Part shown: piece after piece, positions 1 through 9,025 of the stretch
Numbering within the stretch: position 1 is the first letter of the stretch
Layout of the letters: each line of letters starts with the position of its first letter
The notes under the pieces: model-generated
Seen by the model: only the letters and a program-made list of their open reading frames with translations
Databases searched by the model: none
Told to the model about the DNA's origin: nothing
Assembly: GCA_947632735.1 (NCBI GenBank)
Contig: CANRQG010000001.1
Coordinates: 3,903 to 67,902, forward strand
DNA from: an uncultured Bacilli bacterium
GTDB taxonomy: Bacteria > Bacillota_I > Bacilli_A > RF39 > UBA660
DNA: 64,000 bases
Reading direction: 5' to 3'
Translations under genes and position numbers: made by a program

Positions 1-16
1 AAAAGAAAAAGATATA

Positions 17-2134
17 ATGATAGTAAAAAGAAATGGCAACTTAGAAAAATTTGACCCTGAAAGAATTAAAAAAGCTATAACCGCATCAGCTGAACGAGTA
101 ATGGTCGACTTAACCGATGAAGCAATAGAAGATGTTGTAGAACGCGTAAGAAAATTACTATTGACACAGACAAGTAACCCAACAGTTGAACAAGTACATA
201 GTTGTTGTGAAGCAGCCCTTGAACAAGTTAATCCACTTGCTGCTAAGAGTTATAGAGAATATAGAGACTATAAAAAAGATATAGTTCATATATTAGATAA
301 AGTTTATAAAAAAGCTCAAGTTATTACTTATATAGGTGATAAAGAATGCGCTAATATGGATAGTGCCTTAGTAACGACACAAAGATGTTTAATTTATAAT
401 AGCTTAAATAAAGAATTATATAAAAAATTCTTCTTAACTCCTGCTGAAATAGAGGCTTGTAAAGATGGTTATATTTATATTCACGATATGAGTGCTAGAC
501 GTGATACAATGAACTGCTGTTTATTTGATATGGCTAATGTTTTAAAAGATGGTTTTGAAATGAGTAATATTTGGTATACGGAACCTAAAACATTGGGAAC
601 GGCTTTTAATGTTATGGGCGATGTTATCAACAATACAACAGCTATGCAATATGGTGGTTTTACTGTACCAGAAGTAGATTCAGTATTAAAAAAATATGCT
701 AAAATGAGTTATGATAAATATTATGAAGAATATTTAGATATAAAGGGAAAAAAATATACTGAAGAAGCAAAAGAATATGCCTTAAAGAAAGTACAAAGAG
801 AATGTGAACAAGGCTACCAAGGTATTGAATATAAACTTAATACTGTAAGTTCTAGTAGAGGAGATTATCCATTTGTTACTTTTACCTTTGGTGTTGATAA
901 AGACCCTTTTGCTGTAATGATTAGTCAAACTATTTTAAATGTCCATAAAGAAGGGCAGGGTAAAAAAGGTTTTAAAAGACCAACATTATTCCCTAAACTA
1001 GTATTCTTATATGATAAAAAACTTCACGGAGAGGGTGGCAAGTTAAGAGATAGCTTCTTATGTGCAATTGAATGTAGTAAGAAAACAATGTATCCAGATT
1101 ATTTATCTTTAACAGGAGAAGGTTATGTTCCAGAAATGTATAAAAAATATGGAAGAATTGTAAGCCCAATGGGATGTCGTGCTTTCCTTTCACCTTGGTA
1201 TGAAAGAGGCGGAATGGAACCAGCCGATAAAGATGATAAGCCTGTTTTTATAGGAAGATTTAATATAGGAGCAATTTCTCTTCATTTACCAATGATACTT
1301 GCTAAAGCCCGTGAAGAGCAAAAAGATTTTTATGAAGTATTAGATTATTATCTAGAAATGATTAGAAAAATCCATATCCGTACTTACCGTTATTTAGCCA
1401 AGAGAAAAGCTTCTACTAATCCACTTTCTTATTGTCAGGGAGGCTTTTATGGTGGACATTTAAAACCAGAAGAAGCAATTGAACCAGTATTAAAATCATC
1501 TACAGCTTCCTTTGGAATTACAGCTTTAAATGAGCTTCAAGTTCTATATAATGGTAAGAGTATTGTTGAAGATGGTGCTTTTGCTTTAGAAGTTTTAAAA
1601 TATATTAATGATAAAACGGCTGAGTTTAAGAAAGAAGATAATATTTTATATGCCATTTACGGAACACCAGCTGAAAATCTATGTGGCTTACAAATAAAGC
1701 AATTTAGAAAGAAATATGGTGTTGTTGAAGGAGTTAGCTCCAGAGAATATGTTTCAAACAGTTTTCATTGTGGTGTTTGGGAAGATATTACAGGAATTGA
1801 AAAGCAAGACTTAGAAGAAAGATTTTGGGAACTTTGTAAAGGCGGCCGGATTCAGTATGTTAGATATAATTTAAACTATAATACTAAAGCCCTACTTACT
1901 TATGTCGAAAGAGCTATGGAAAAAGGTTTCTATGAGGGTGTTAACTTATCACTTGCTTACTGTAATCATTGTGGGCACGAAGAGCTAGATATGGATGTAT
2001 GTCCAAAATGTGGTAGTAGTGATTTAACAAAAATAGATAGAATGAATGGTTATTTATCTTATTCAAGAGTTCACGGCGATACTATGCTAAGTAATGCTAA
2101 GATGGTCGAAATATCCGAAAGGAAGTCTATGTAA
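17..2134 (+). CDS. nrdD: Anaerobic (class III) ribonucleoside-triphosphate reductase NrdD, copy 1. N-terminal ATP-cone, C-terminal Zn ribbon CxxC..CxxC followed by a glycyl-radical-like 'RMNGYL' motif.
   Basis: 705 aa ORF. ATP-cone-like N-terminus (VKRNGNLEKFDPERIKKAI), C-terminal CNHCG...CPKCG ribbon then RMNGYLS, matching the E. coli NrdD RRVCGYLG architecture. An activase gene lies immediately downstream. Confidence 0.85.
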   Translation: MIVKRNGNLEKFDPERIKKAITASAERVMVDLTDEAIEDVVERVRKLLLTQTSNPTVEQVHSCCEAALEQVNPLAAKSYREYRDYKKDIVHILDKVYKKAQVITYIGDKECANMDSALVTTQRCLIYNSLNKELYKKFFLTPAEIEACKDGYIYIHDMSARRDTMNCCLFDMANVLKDGFEMSNIWYTEPKTLGTAFNVMGDVINNTTAMQYGGFTVPEVDSVLKKYAKMSYDKYYEEYLDIKGKKYTEEAKEYALKKVQRECEQGYQGIEYKLNTVSSSRGDYPFVTFTFGVDKDPFAVMISQTILNVHKEGQGKKGFKRPTLFPKLVFLYDKKLHGEGGKLRDSFLCAIECSKKTMYPDYLSLTGEGYVPEMYKKYGRIVSPMGCRAFLSPWYERGGMEPADKDDKPVFIGRFNIGAISLHLPMILAKAREEQKDFYEVLDYYLEMIRKIHIRTYRYLAKRKASTNPLSYCQGGFYGGHLKPEEAIEPVLKSSTASFGITALNELQVLYNGKSIVEDGAFALEVLKYINDKTAEFKKEDNILYAIYGTPAENLCGLQIKQFRKKYGVVEGVSSREYVSNSFHCGVWEDITGIEKQDLEERFWELCKGGRIQYVRYNLNYNTKALLTYVERAMEKGFYEGVNLSLAYCNHCGHEELDMDVCPKCGSSDLTKIDRMNGYLSYSRVHGDTMLSNAKMVEISERKSM

Positions 2135-2135
2135 A

Positions 2136-2681
2136 ATGCGTTATCATAATATTACCAAAGCTGATATGCTTAATGGTGAGGGTCTAAGAGTAGTCCTTTG
2201 GTGTAGTGGTTGCTCTCACCATTGTATGGCTTGTCAAAATGCTATTACTTGGGATAAAAATGATGGCTTAAGCTTTGATGAAGAAGCTAAAAAAGAAATA
2301 TTTAGTGAATTAGAAAAAGAATGGTGTAGTGGTCTTACATTATCAGGTGGTGACCCTCTCTTCCTAGAAAGTAGAGAAGAAATAGCTAAATTAGTTAAAG
2401 AAGTAAGAGCCAAGTTTCCTAATAAAAGTATTTGGTGCTATACAGGCTATACTTGGGAAGAATTATTAAAACAAGCTAAAACTGATAAAAATTTACAAAC
2501 AATTTTAGATAACATCGATGTTTTACTTGATGGAGAATTTGTACTAAAATTAGCTTTAGAAAAACTACATTATGTAGGAAGTACTAATCAGTGTATAATT
2601 GATGTTAAGAAAAGTTTAAAAGAGAAAAAGAAGATTTTATATATAGATAATAGTAAAATTATAAAAGGAGAAGAAGTATGA
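2136..2681 (+). CDS. nrdG: Anaerobic RNR activating protein NrdG (radical SAM), copy 1
   Basis: N-terminus MRYHNITKADMLNGEGLRVVLWCSGCSHHCMACQN is the typical NrdG Cx3Cx2C-type cluster motif. Overlaps the nrdD end. Start chosen at the ATG in frame with the listed ORF (2094), with RBS gaaaggaag upstream. Confidence 0.85.
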   Translation: MRYHNITKADMLNGEGLRVVLWCSGCSHHCMACQNAITWDKNDGLSFDEEAKKEIFSELEKEWCSGLTLSGGDPLFLESREEIAKLVKEVRAKFPNKSIWCYTGYTWEELLKQAKTDKNLQTILDNIDVLLDGEFVLKLALEKLHYVGSTNQCIIDVKKSLKEKKKILYIDNSKIIKGEEV

Positions 2682-3133
2682 GACAAAGAGGTTTTGAAGT
2701 AGTAAAAGGTTATGAAGATAAGAAAATAAATTTACCAGTAAGAAAAACAGCCCATTCAGCAGGCTATGACGTAGAAGCAGCAGAAGATATAGTAATTCCA
2801 AAATATTATCCCGGCATAAAGCCAACCTTAATACCAACAGGTTTAAAAGCTTACTGTTTAGATGATGAATGCTACTTATTGTTAAATAGAAGTAGTGGAC
2901 CTAAAAAAGGCTTTGTTTTAGCTAATAGTGTTGGTTTAATTGATTCAGATTATTATGAAAATGAAGATAATGATGGCCACTTTTATTTCGCCTATTTTAA
3001 TTGTAGCGATAAAGACATTGAAGTTAAAAAAGGTGACGTCATAGGTCAAGTCGTTTTTACAAAATTTTTAGTAGTAGATGAAGACAATGCTACTGGTATT
3101 AGAACTGGTGGTTTTGGTTCAACTGATAAGTAA
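2678..3133 (+). CDS. dut: dUTP diphosphatase (trimeric dUTPase family)
   Basis: 151 aa with dUTPase motifs: ...RSSG..., GLIDSDY, C-terminal RTGGFGSTD. Coupled 4-nt overlap with nrdG. Confidence 0.7.
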   Translation: MRQRGFEVVKGYEDKKINLPVRKTAHSAGYDVEAAEDIVIPKYYPGIKPTLIPTGLKAYCLDDECYLLLNRSSGPKKGFVLANSVGLIDSDYYENEDNDGHFYFAYFNCSDKDIEVKKGDVIGQVVFTKFLVVDEDNATGIRTGGFGSTDK

Positions 3134-3458
3134 TTTTTAACAAAAAAGTAAAAAGTATTTTTTCACTTTTTTAAATTTTTAATAAAAATATTTTTTATAA
3201 AGCATTGAAAAATAAGGAAAATAATAAAAATAAAAAACCAAAAAATCAAAAAAATCAAAAATTTGATTTTTTATTTTTTTAATTTTTGTATAAAAATGTA
3301 AATTGTCGTAAATCGAACAAAAAAATTTTTTAGGCCTTTTCTTTATATATCAACAGATAGAAAAATTTTCTAAAAAAAAGCCAAAAAAACAGTATTGATT
3401 TTTAGAAAAATACCTCTTAAAATTGAATTAGAAAGTGAGAGGAAAGAGGTAAAAAATT

Positions 3459-5777
3459 ATGGCAGAAGTAAGCGAAATTTTAGAAAATTTAGTAGTAATA
3501 AAAAGAAGTGGTAAAAAAGTTGATTTTGATGGTAAAAAAATTGCTTTAGCCATAAAAAAGGGTTTTGATAGTGTTGAAATAGATACTGATGAAGAAGAAA
3601 AAGAAAAAAAATACTCTAGTAAAGACGTTCAAAAAATATATCAAGCTGTTTTAAAAAGACTAGAAAAAGAAGCTAAAAACAAAGATAAAATTCAAATTGA
3701 AGAAATTCAAGATTTAATAGAAGAAGAATTATCTAGTAAAGGTTATGAAGATGTTCATAAAAGCTTCTCAGAATATCGAGATAGAAGAAATGCTTCTCGT
3801 CAATCATTCTTTGCTGATAAGAAAACTCATAAGTTTTTAAAATCACTTGAAAATTTAGGCTTAAAATCAGCTAATGAAGAAGATGCTAAAAGAGAAAATG
3901 CTAACATTGATGGTAACTCACCAATGGGAACTATGCTTCAATATGGAGCAACCGTTTCTAAAGAATTTGCTAAAGCCTATTTAATGAAACCTGAATTTGC
4001 AAAAATGCACGATGAAGGTACTATTCATATTCACGATATGGACTTTCTAGCAATGGGAACAACAACCTGTTGTCAAATAGATTTATCAAGATTATTTAAA
4101 AATGGTTTTGATACAGGACACGGCTTTGTTAGACCTCCACAAGATATTAGCACTTATGGTTCATTAGCCGCTATCGTAATTCAAGCTAATCAAAATGACC
4201 AACACGGTGGTCAAGCAATACCAGCTCTTGATTATTACTTAGCACCAGGAGTTCTAAAAACATTTAAAAAACAATTTAAACAGACAATTTATGATTTTCT
4301 AGATTTAGAAGGTTTTCTAGAATATGTTAACTTTGATAGATTTGTAAGAGAAGTAGATAAATTAGAAAGTATTGAATTCCCTATAGAAACACTTACTGAT
4401 TATCAAAAAGCTTCAAGTAGAGTTCAAGAAGTATTTACTAAAGGTTATGAAAAAGCTTTACAAAAAACTGATAGAGCTACACAACAAGCAATGGAAGCCT
4501 TTATCCATAACTTAAATACTATGCATTCTAGAGCTGGAGCTCAAGTACCATTTTCATCAGTTAACTTTGGAACTGATACTTCACCTGAAGGAAGAATGGT
4601 AATTAAAAACTTCTTATTATCAGCAGATAGAGGTTTAGGAAAAGGTGAAACACCAATATTCCCAGTATCAATATTTAAAGTAAAAGAGGGAGTTAATTAC
4701 AATAAAGAAGATAAGAACTATGACTTATTTAGATTAGCTTGTAAAGTTTCAGCAAAGAGGCTTTTCCCTAACTTTTCATTTATTGATGCTCCATTTAATC
4801 TTCAATATTATAAGCCTGGTAATCCTGCAACAGAAATTGCCTATATGGGTTGCCGTACAAGAGTAATTGGTGATGTAACAGCACCTGATAATGAAGTAGT
4901 TGTAGGTCGTGGAAATCTTTCTTGGACAACAATTAATTTACCTCGACTTGGTATCAAATATGGAATTGCTCTTAAAGAAAGAGAAAAAGCTGATATTAAA
5001 GGCTTTTATGAAGAACTTGATAATTTAATGGAGACAGTAAAAGACCAATTACTTGAAAGATTTGAAGTTCAATGCAATAAACGTTGTTACAACTTCCCAT
5101 TCCTATTAGGACAGGGTGTATGGACTAATGGAGAAAAATTAAAACCTACAGATAGATTAAGAAAAGTTTGGAAACACGGTTCACTTTCTATTGGTTTTAT
5201 CGGCTTAGCTGAATGTTTAAAAGCTTTAACTGGTAAACATCACGGTGAAAGTGAAGAAAGCCAAAAATTAGGTTTAGAAATTATTAAATTTATGCGTAAA
5301 AAATGTGATGAATTTGCAGAAAGATACCATTTAAACTTTGCTTGTCTAGCAACCCCAGCTGAGGGCTTATCTGGTAGATTTACTGCTATAGATAAAGCCA
5401 TATATGGAAAGATTAAAGGTGTTACTGATAGAGAATATTATACTAACTCTTTCCACGTACCAGTATATTATCATATAAGTATTCACGATAAGCTATACAG
5501 AGAAGCTCCATATCACGCTCTAACGAATGGTGGACATATTTCTTACATAGAATTAGATGGTGATGCTGCTTCTAATGTTGATGCTTTTGAAAATGTTATT
5601 CATACAATGAAAAATGCTGGTATTGGCTATGGTGCCGTTAACCATCCAGTAGATAGAGACCCAGTATGTGGTTATGTTGGTGTCATAAATGATGTTTGTC
5701 CAGGATGTGGACGTAAGGAATTCGAAGGGGTTCCACTTGAAAAAGTAACTTCTATTGATAATAAATGTTGTGAATAG
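3459..5777 (+). CDS. nrdD: Anaerobic ribonucleotide reductase NrdD, copy 2. ATP-cone, catalytic core and Zn ribbon are present, but the C-terminal glycyl-radical domain is absent from this ORF.
   Basis: 772 aa. ATP-cone (VVIKRSGKKVDFDGKKIALAIKKGF) with a Glu/Lys-rich insertion. C-terminus ...DPVCGYVGVINDVCPGCGRKEFEG... ends at a TAG stop without an RVxGY glycyl motif. Confidence 0.8.
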   Translation: MAEVSEILENLVVIKRSGKKVDFDGKKIALAIKKGFDSVEIDTDEEEKEKKYSSKDVQKIYQAVLKRLEKEAKNKDKIQIEEIQDLIEEELSSKGYEDVHKSFSEYRDRRNASRQSFFADKKTHKFLKSLENLGLKSANEEDAKRENANIDGNSPMGTMLQYGATVSKEFAKAYLMKPEFAKMHDEGTIHIHDMDFLAMGTTTCCQIDLSRLFKNGFDTGHGFVRPPQDISTYGSLAAIVIQANQNDQHGGQAIPALDYYLAPGVLKTFKKQFKQTIYDFLDLEGFLEYVNFDRFVREVDKLESIEFPIETLTDYQKASSRVQEVFTKGYEKALQKTDRATQQAMEAFIHNLNTMHSRAGAQVPFSSVNFGTDTSPEGRMVIKNFLLSADRGLGKGETPIFPVSIFKVKEGVNYNKEDKNYDLFRLACKVSAKRLFPNFSFIDAPFNLQYYKPGNPATEIAYMGCRTRVIGDVTAPDNEVVVGRGNLSWTTINLPRLGIKYGIALKEREKADIKGFYEELDNLMETVKDQLLERFEVQCNKRCYNFPFLLGQGVWTNGEKLKPTDRLRKVWKHGSLSIGFIGLAECLKALTGKHHGESEESQKLGLEIIKFMRKKCDEFAERYHLNFACLATPAEGLSGRFTAIDKAIYGKIKGVTDREYYTNSFHVPVYYHISIHDKLYREAPYHALTNGGHISYIELDGDAASNVDAFENVIHTMKNAGIGYGAVNHPVDRDPVCGYVGVINDVCPGCGRKEFEGVPLEKVTSIDNKCCE

Positions 5778-5816
5778 TTAATTATAAATAAAAAAAGATT
5801 TAAGGAGGAAATATTT

Positions 5817-5990
5817 ATGGAAAAAATAATTGGAGAAGGACAAGGTTTTGAAAGAATTAGAAGAGTTACAGGTTATTTAGCAGGAGATGTTTCAAGATTC
5901 AATAATGGTAAAAGAGCTGAAGAAAGAGACCGTGTAAAACATAGCGGCTTAAATGAATTAAAAAAAGAAGACAAAAGCTGTGAAAATTAG
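5817..5990 (+). CDS. Stand-alone NrdD-type glycyl-radical domain ORF (57 aa), GrcA-like 'spare part' or split C-terminus of NrdD copy 2
   Basis: Not in the ORF track (under 60 aa). Translation MEKIIGEGQGFERIRRVTGYLAGDVSRFNNGKRAEERDRVKHSGLNELKKEDKSCEN contains RRVTGYL...RFNNGKR...RVKH, near-identical in pattern to the E. coli NrdD C-terminus (RRVCGYLGSPDARPFNAGKQEEVKRRVKH). It has its own RBS (taaggagg at 5801-5808) and overlaps the nrdG2 start by 11 nt. Confidence 0.6.
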   Translation: MEKIIGEGQGFERIRRVTGYLAGDVSRFNNGKRAEERDRVKHSGLNELKKEDKSCEN

Positions 5991-6531
5991 ATTAGCCGCT
6001 CAGTTGCAACCAGACTCAATTGTTGATGGCGAAGGCATAAGGACAGTTGTTTGGACCCAGGGTTGTCCACATAACTGTCCGGGTTGCCATAATCCAGGAA
6101 CACACGACTTCAATGGTGGTGCTTTAGTAGATGTAGAAGATATAATTGCTGAACTTAAAACCATTCAAAATCAAGATGGAATAACTTTATCTGGAGGAGA
6201 CCCAGTATGTCAAAGTGAAGCTTGTTCTGTAATTGCTAAAGCTGCTCATAATATGGGGTTAAACGTTTGGTGCTATACAGGCTACACCTATGAAAAGATG
6301 CTTCAAAATCCCGCACATCGTCAATTACTTGATAATATTGACGTCTTAGTGGATGGAAAGTTTATCTTAGCCGAGAAAAGCTATGATTTATACTTTAAAG
6401 GCTCTAGAAATCAAAGAATTATCGATGTTAAGAAAAGCTTAGAAGAAAATAAAGTAGTCTTAGTTGAAAAATATAAAGAAGAAAAAGATAACTCTAATCA
6501 TTATGAAAAACCAAGTTATTTATTCGTATAG
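5980..6531 (+). CDS. nrdG: Anaerobic RNR activating protein NrdG, copy 2
   Basis: GTG start. VDGEGIRTVVWTQGCPHNCPGCHNP radical-SAM cluster motif. About 45% identical pattern to copy 1. Confidence 0.8.
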   Translation: MKIRLAAQLQPDSIVDGEGIRTVVWTQGCPHNCPGCHNPGTHDFNGGALVDVEDIIAELKTIQNQDGITLSGGDPVCQSEACSVIAKAAHNMGLNVWCYTGYTYEKMLQNPAHRQLLDNIDVLVDGKFILAEKSYDLYFKGSRNQRIIDVKKSLEENKVVLVEKYKEEKDNSNHYEKPSYLFV

Positions 6532-6558
6532 AAGTACTAAAACTTCTTTTTTTTGCTT
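6529..6558 (+). terminator. Rho-independent terminator after nrdG2
   Basis: AGAAGT-ACTAAA-ACTTCT hairpin followed by a T8 run. Confidence 0.55.
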
Positions 6559-6567
6559 ATAAGGAAT

Positions 6568-6595
6568 TTGCTTCATTGAAAAAATGTGTTACAAT
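6568..6595 (+). promoter_or_regulatory. Sigma-A-type promoter for the XRE regulator gene
   Basis: TTGCTT (-35), 16-nt spacer, extended -10 TGtTACAAT. Confidence 0.5.
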
Positions 6596-6618
6596 AGTGC
6601 TAAGAGGTGAGAAAAATT

Positions 6619-6888
6619 ATGAAAAAAGATAAATATCCTATGGAAAAAGCTAAGATACTTCAAGACTTAGAATATGATTTAATTTGTGATTTTATTAGAA
6701 TTAGAAAAGAAAAACATTTATCACAACAAAAACTTGCTGATATGGCTGGTGTAATAAGAGAAAAAATCACTAAAATTGAAAATAGGCTTAATTCTCCACA
6801 AATTAATTCATTAATCGAAATTCTTCAACCAATAGGCTATACTATTAAAATAGCTCCAATTAGAAAGAAAAAAGAAGAAAAAAAATAA
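6619..6888 (+). CDS. XRE-family helix-turn-helix transcriptional regulator
   Basis: HTH_3-like segment LSQQKLADMAGVIREKITKIE. RBS agaggtga before the ATG at 6619. Confidence 0.6.
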   Translation: MKKDKYPMEKAKILQDLEYDLICDFIRIRKEKHLSQQKLADMAGVIREKITKIENRLNSPQINSLIEILQPIGYTIKIAPIRKKKEEKK

Positions 6889-6920
6889 AAAGCAGTTCAA
6901 ACGAATCTGCTTTTTTTTAC
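6889..6920. terminator. Bidirectional terminator between convergent genes
   Basis: AAAGCAG-ttcaaacgaat-CTGCTTTTTTTT; A/T runs on both sides. Confidence 0.5.
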
Positions 6921-9025
6921 TCTGAAATAACGAAGTTATAAGTAACCCCATTGCAACTTGTTACCTCGCTGCCAAATGTTATACAGTTACTAGGCGAATT
7001 ATCGTGACATCCTACAATTGAACCAGTACTCATACCAGTTTCCTTTTCCCCAACAATATTTACCTTAACACCTGGATAATTTTCCTCGAAGAACTTTTGA
7101 TAAATAGACTTTGCTTTTTCAAAAGAAGCGCTACCACCTATCTCATTAAGTACATTATTTAATCTTCTATCAATTTTATCGGTCATTTTTACACAAGGCT
7201 TCTCTTCTTCTTTACTACTACCACTACTGCTACTAGAACCACTAGAACTACTACTAGAGCTACCAGAACTACCAGGATTCTTTCCCTTACTAATAGTAAT
7301 CGTAATTGTCGTATTAGCTGATATTTCACTACCAGCACTAATTGATTGACTAATTACCGCATTCTCTTTAACAGAATTACTATACTTGTAAACAAACGAA
7401 TACTTTAAACCTAACTTATCTAATTTTTCCTCTGCTTGACTCTTCGTAAGACCATCTAAAGCTGGTACCTTAACTGCCTCTCCATCCGAAATAGTAACAA
7501 TAACAACATCATCATTCTTAATGACATCGCCTGTCTTATAAGAATAGCTTATTATTTCACCAATTTTAACAGTGCTACTAAATTCGTGCTTCTCTTCATA
7601 TTTTATTTCATACTTATCAGCCCATTCTCTAAACTCCTCATAAGAATTAAACTTCGGCATTTTTAAATTGCCCTTAGAAATAACTATCTTAATCGTCTCA
7701 CCCTGTTCTACTTTATCTCCCTTTTTGTAGTTAGCACTTATAACACTATTAGCTTTAACCTTTTCATCATACTTATCACTAAATTCTAATTTTAATCTAT
7801 TTTCTATTATCCATTCAGTAATCTCACTTACCTTCATCTTCATTAAATCAGGTACTTCAATCTCCTTACCCTTACTAAAAGTAACCTTAACCTTTTCATC
7901 GTCGATTTTAACACTACTTCCCGGCTTTTTATCCTGCTTCATTGCCAAGTTTCTCTTAATTTTCTCTGAAAAATCTCGGTCAAACTCATAATTAAGATGA
8001 TGCTGTTTCATATAAAACATAACTTCAAATTCCGTTTTATTTGTAAAATCAATTAACTTAACTTCTTCATAACCCAATTCTTCTCCATATGAGAATGTTA
8101 TCTTTAACTCTTCATCCCTTTTCAAATTACCAGCTTTACTTTGCTCAATTACCGTATCAACGGCCTTATCTGATTCCACAAATTCTACAGAAACATTTGA
8201 TAAATAATTTTTATTAACAAAATCTATAACCCTTTCAGTATCCCAAGAAACCATATTCGGAATTATAATCTCCTTACTAGGATTTGGTCCTTCACTAACA
8301 ACAACAGTTAATTCCTTTACTTTCTTAAGACTAGTCCCAGCCTCAACATCTTGAGTAATTATTTCATACTCATCAACCATATCACTATACTCATATTCCT
8401 GCTTTAAAGTTATTTTATTTTTTTCTGCCCATTTCACTACCTCGGTCAAATTTTCATTAGAAAAATCCTTCATTCCCGTCTTAACCGTAGCCTCACTACC
8501 ATTAAGACTTGTATAAATGCCTAAAGTAAAATAAAGACCTAATAATAAAGAAGCAAAAAATACTACTACCTTATTTCTACTCTTAAGTCCGATAGGAACA
8601 AAAAACAACGTAAATAGTATTATCAAAAGTAAACTACCTACATTTATAATATCTAACTCATCCTTATTTAAATATAAATGAAGTAAAAAGAAACCAACCC
8701 CTAAAAGTAAAACAAAACACAAGAAAAAGTTTACAAAAATACGACTTCCTTTTTTAGTCTCCATATGTTTATCCTCTTTAACATTATTTACTTCTTCTTT
8801 TATAACTTTATTCTTACCTGAAGACTTTTTTTCCACAAATTCTGTTGATAATTCATTTTCATCAAAAATATCTTTTTCTTTTTCCACCGGTTTATCTAAC
8901 TCTTTTTCCTTAGAAACATCTTCTAAAGCTGCCTTTTTCTTTTTACCACTATTTTTCTTACTTCTATATTCCGTTTGTCTAACCACATCGGTATTTTTCT
9001 TTTTTGCCAACTTTAACACCTCCAT
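6917..9025 (-). CDS. Membrane-anchored PASTA-repeat protein. Lys-rich cytoplasmic N-terminus, one TM, four to five PASTA-like domains, poly-Ser linker and an unknown Cys-containing C-terminal domain. No kinase or transpeptidase domain.
   Basis: Repeated ~65-aa units ending ...G..V..G..I.IxISKG (e.g. VKANSVISANYKKGDKVEQGETIKIVISKGN) typical of PASTA. TM segment FVNFFLCFVLLLGVGFFLLHLYL. Ser/Gly tract SSGSSSSSSSGSSSSSGSS. Confidence 0.5.
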   Translation of the reverse strand: MEVLKLAKKKNTDVVRQTEYRSKKNSGKKKKAALEDVSKEKELDKPVEKEKDIFDENELSTEFVEKKSSGKNKVIKEEVNNVKEDKHMETKKGSRIFVNFFLCFVLLLGVGFFLLHLYLNKDELDIINVGSLLLIILFTLFFVPIGLKSRNKVVVFFASLLLGLYFTLGIYTSLNGSEATVKTGMKDFSNENLTEVVKWAEKNKITLKQEYEYSDMVDEYEIITQDVEAGTSLKKVKELTVVVSEGPNPSKEIIIPNMVSWDTERVIDFVNKNYLSNVSVEFVESDKAVDTVIEQSKAGNLKRDEELKITFSYGEELGYEEVKLIDFTNKTEFEVMFYMKQHHLNYEFDRDFSEKIKRNLAMKQDKKPGSSVKIDDEKVKVTFSKGKEIEVPDLMKMKVSEITEWIIENRLKLEFSDKYDEKVKANSVISANYKKGDKVEQGETIKIVISKGNLKMPKFNSYEEFREWADKYEIKYEEKHEFSSTVKIGEIISYSYKTGDVIKNDDVVIVTISDGEAVKVPALDGLTKSQAEEKLDKLGLKYSFVYKYSNSVKENAVISQSISAGSEISANTTITITISKGKNPGSSGSSSSSSSGSSSSSGSSKEEEKPCVKMTDKIDRRLNNVLNEIGGSASFEKAKSIYQKFFEENYPGVKVNIVGEKETGMSTGSIVGCHDNSPSNCITFGSEVTSCNGVTYNFVISE

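Noticed and set aside
993-1193. Antisense small ORFs in the track: 993..1193(-), 2637..2837(-), 13026..13217(-), 13790..14017(-), 14278..14541(-), 16540..16728(-), 17967..18254(-), 27748..27999(-), 29792..30046(-), 30854..31039(-), 31610..31888(-), 31988..32179(-), 34270..34455(-), 37660..37887(-), 47418..47606(-), 47596..47787(-), 48972..49166(-), 49250..49486(-), 49850..50071(-), 50191..50514(-), 54708..55511(-), 56312..56551(-), 56956..57153(-), 59285..59497(-), 59631..59831(-), 62101..62313(+), 62797..63012(+)
   Set aside because: All lie antisense inside or overlapping well-supported genes. They have low-complexity, Leu/Phe/Ser-rich translations typical of AT-rich antisense frames and no RBS context.
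3134-3458. Possible NrdR box upstream of the second nrdD (e.g. ctttATATATcaacag)
   Set aside because: Only the ATATAT core matches. The flanking ACAC/GTGT arms of the NrdR consensus are absent, and no nrdR gene is in the window to support it.
7200-7270. Triplet-repeat tract encoding the poly-Ser linker as a phase-variation switch
   Set aside because: The repeats are imperfect (act/gct/aga/acc mixtures) and in-frame, so slipped-strand frameshifting is unlikely. Noted only as a linker.
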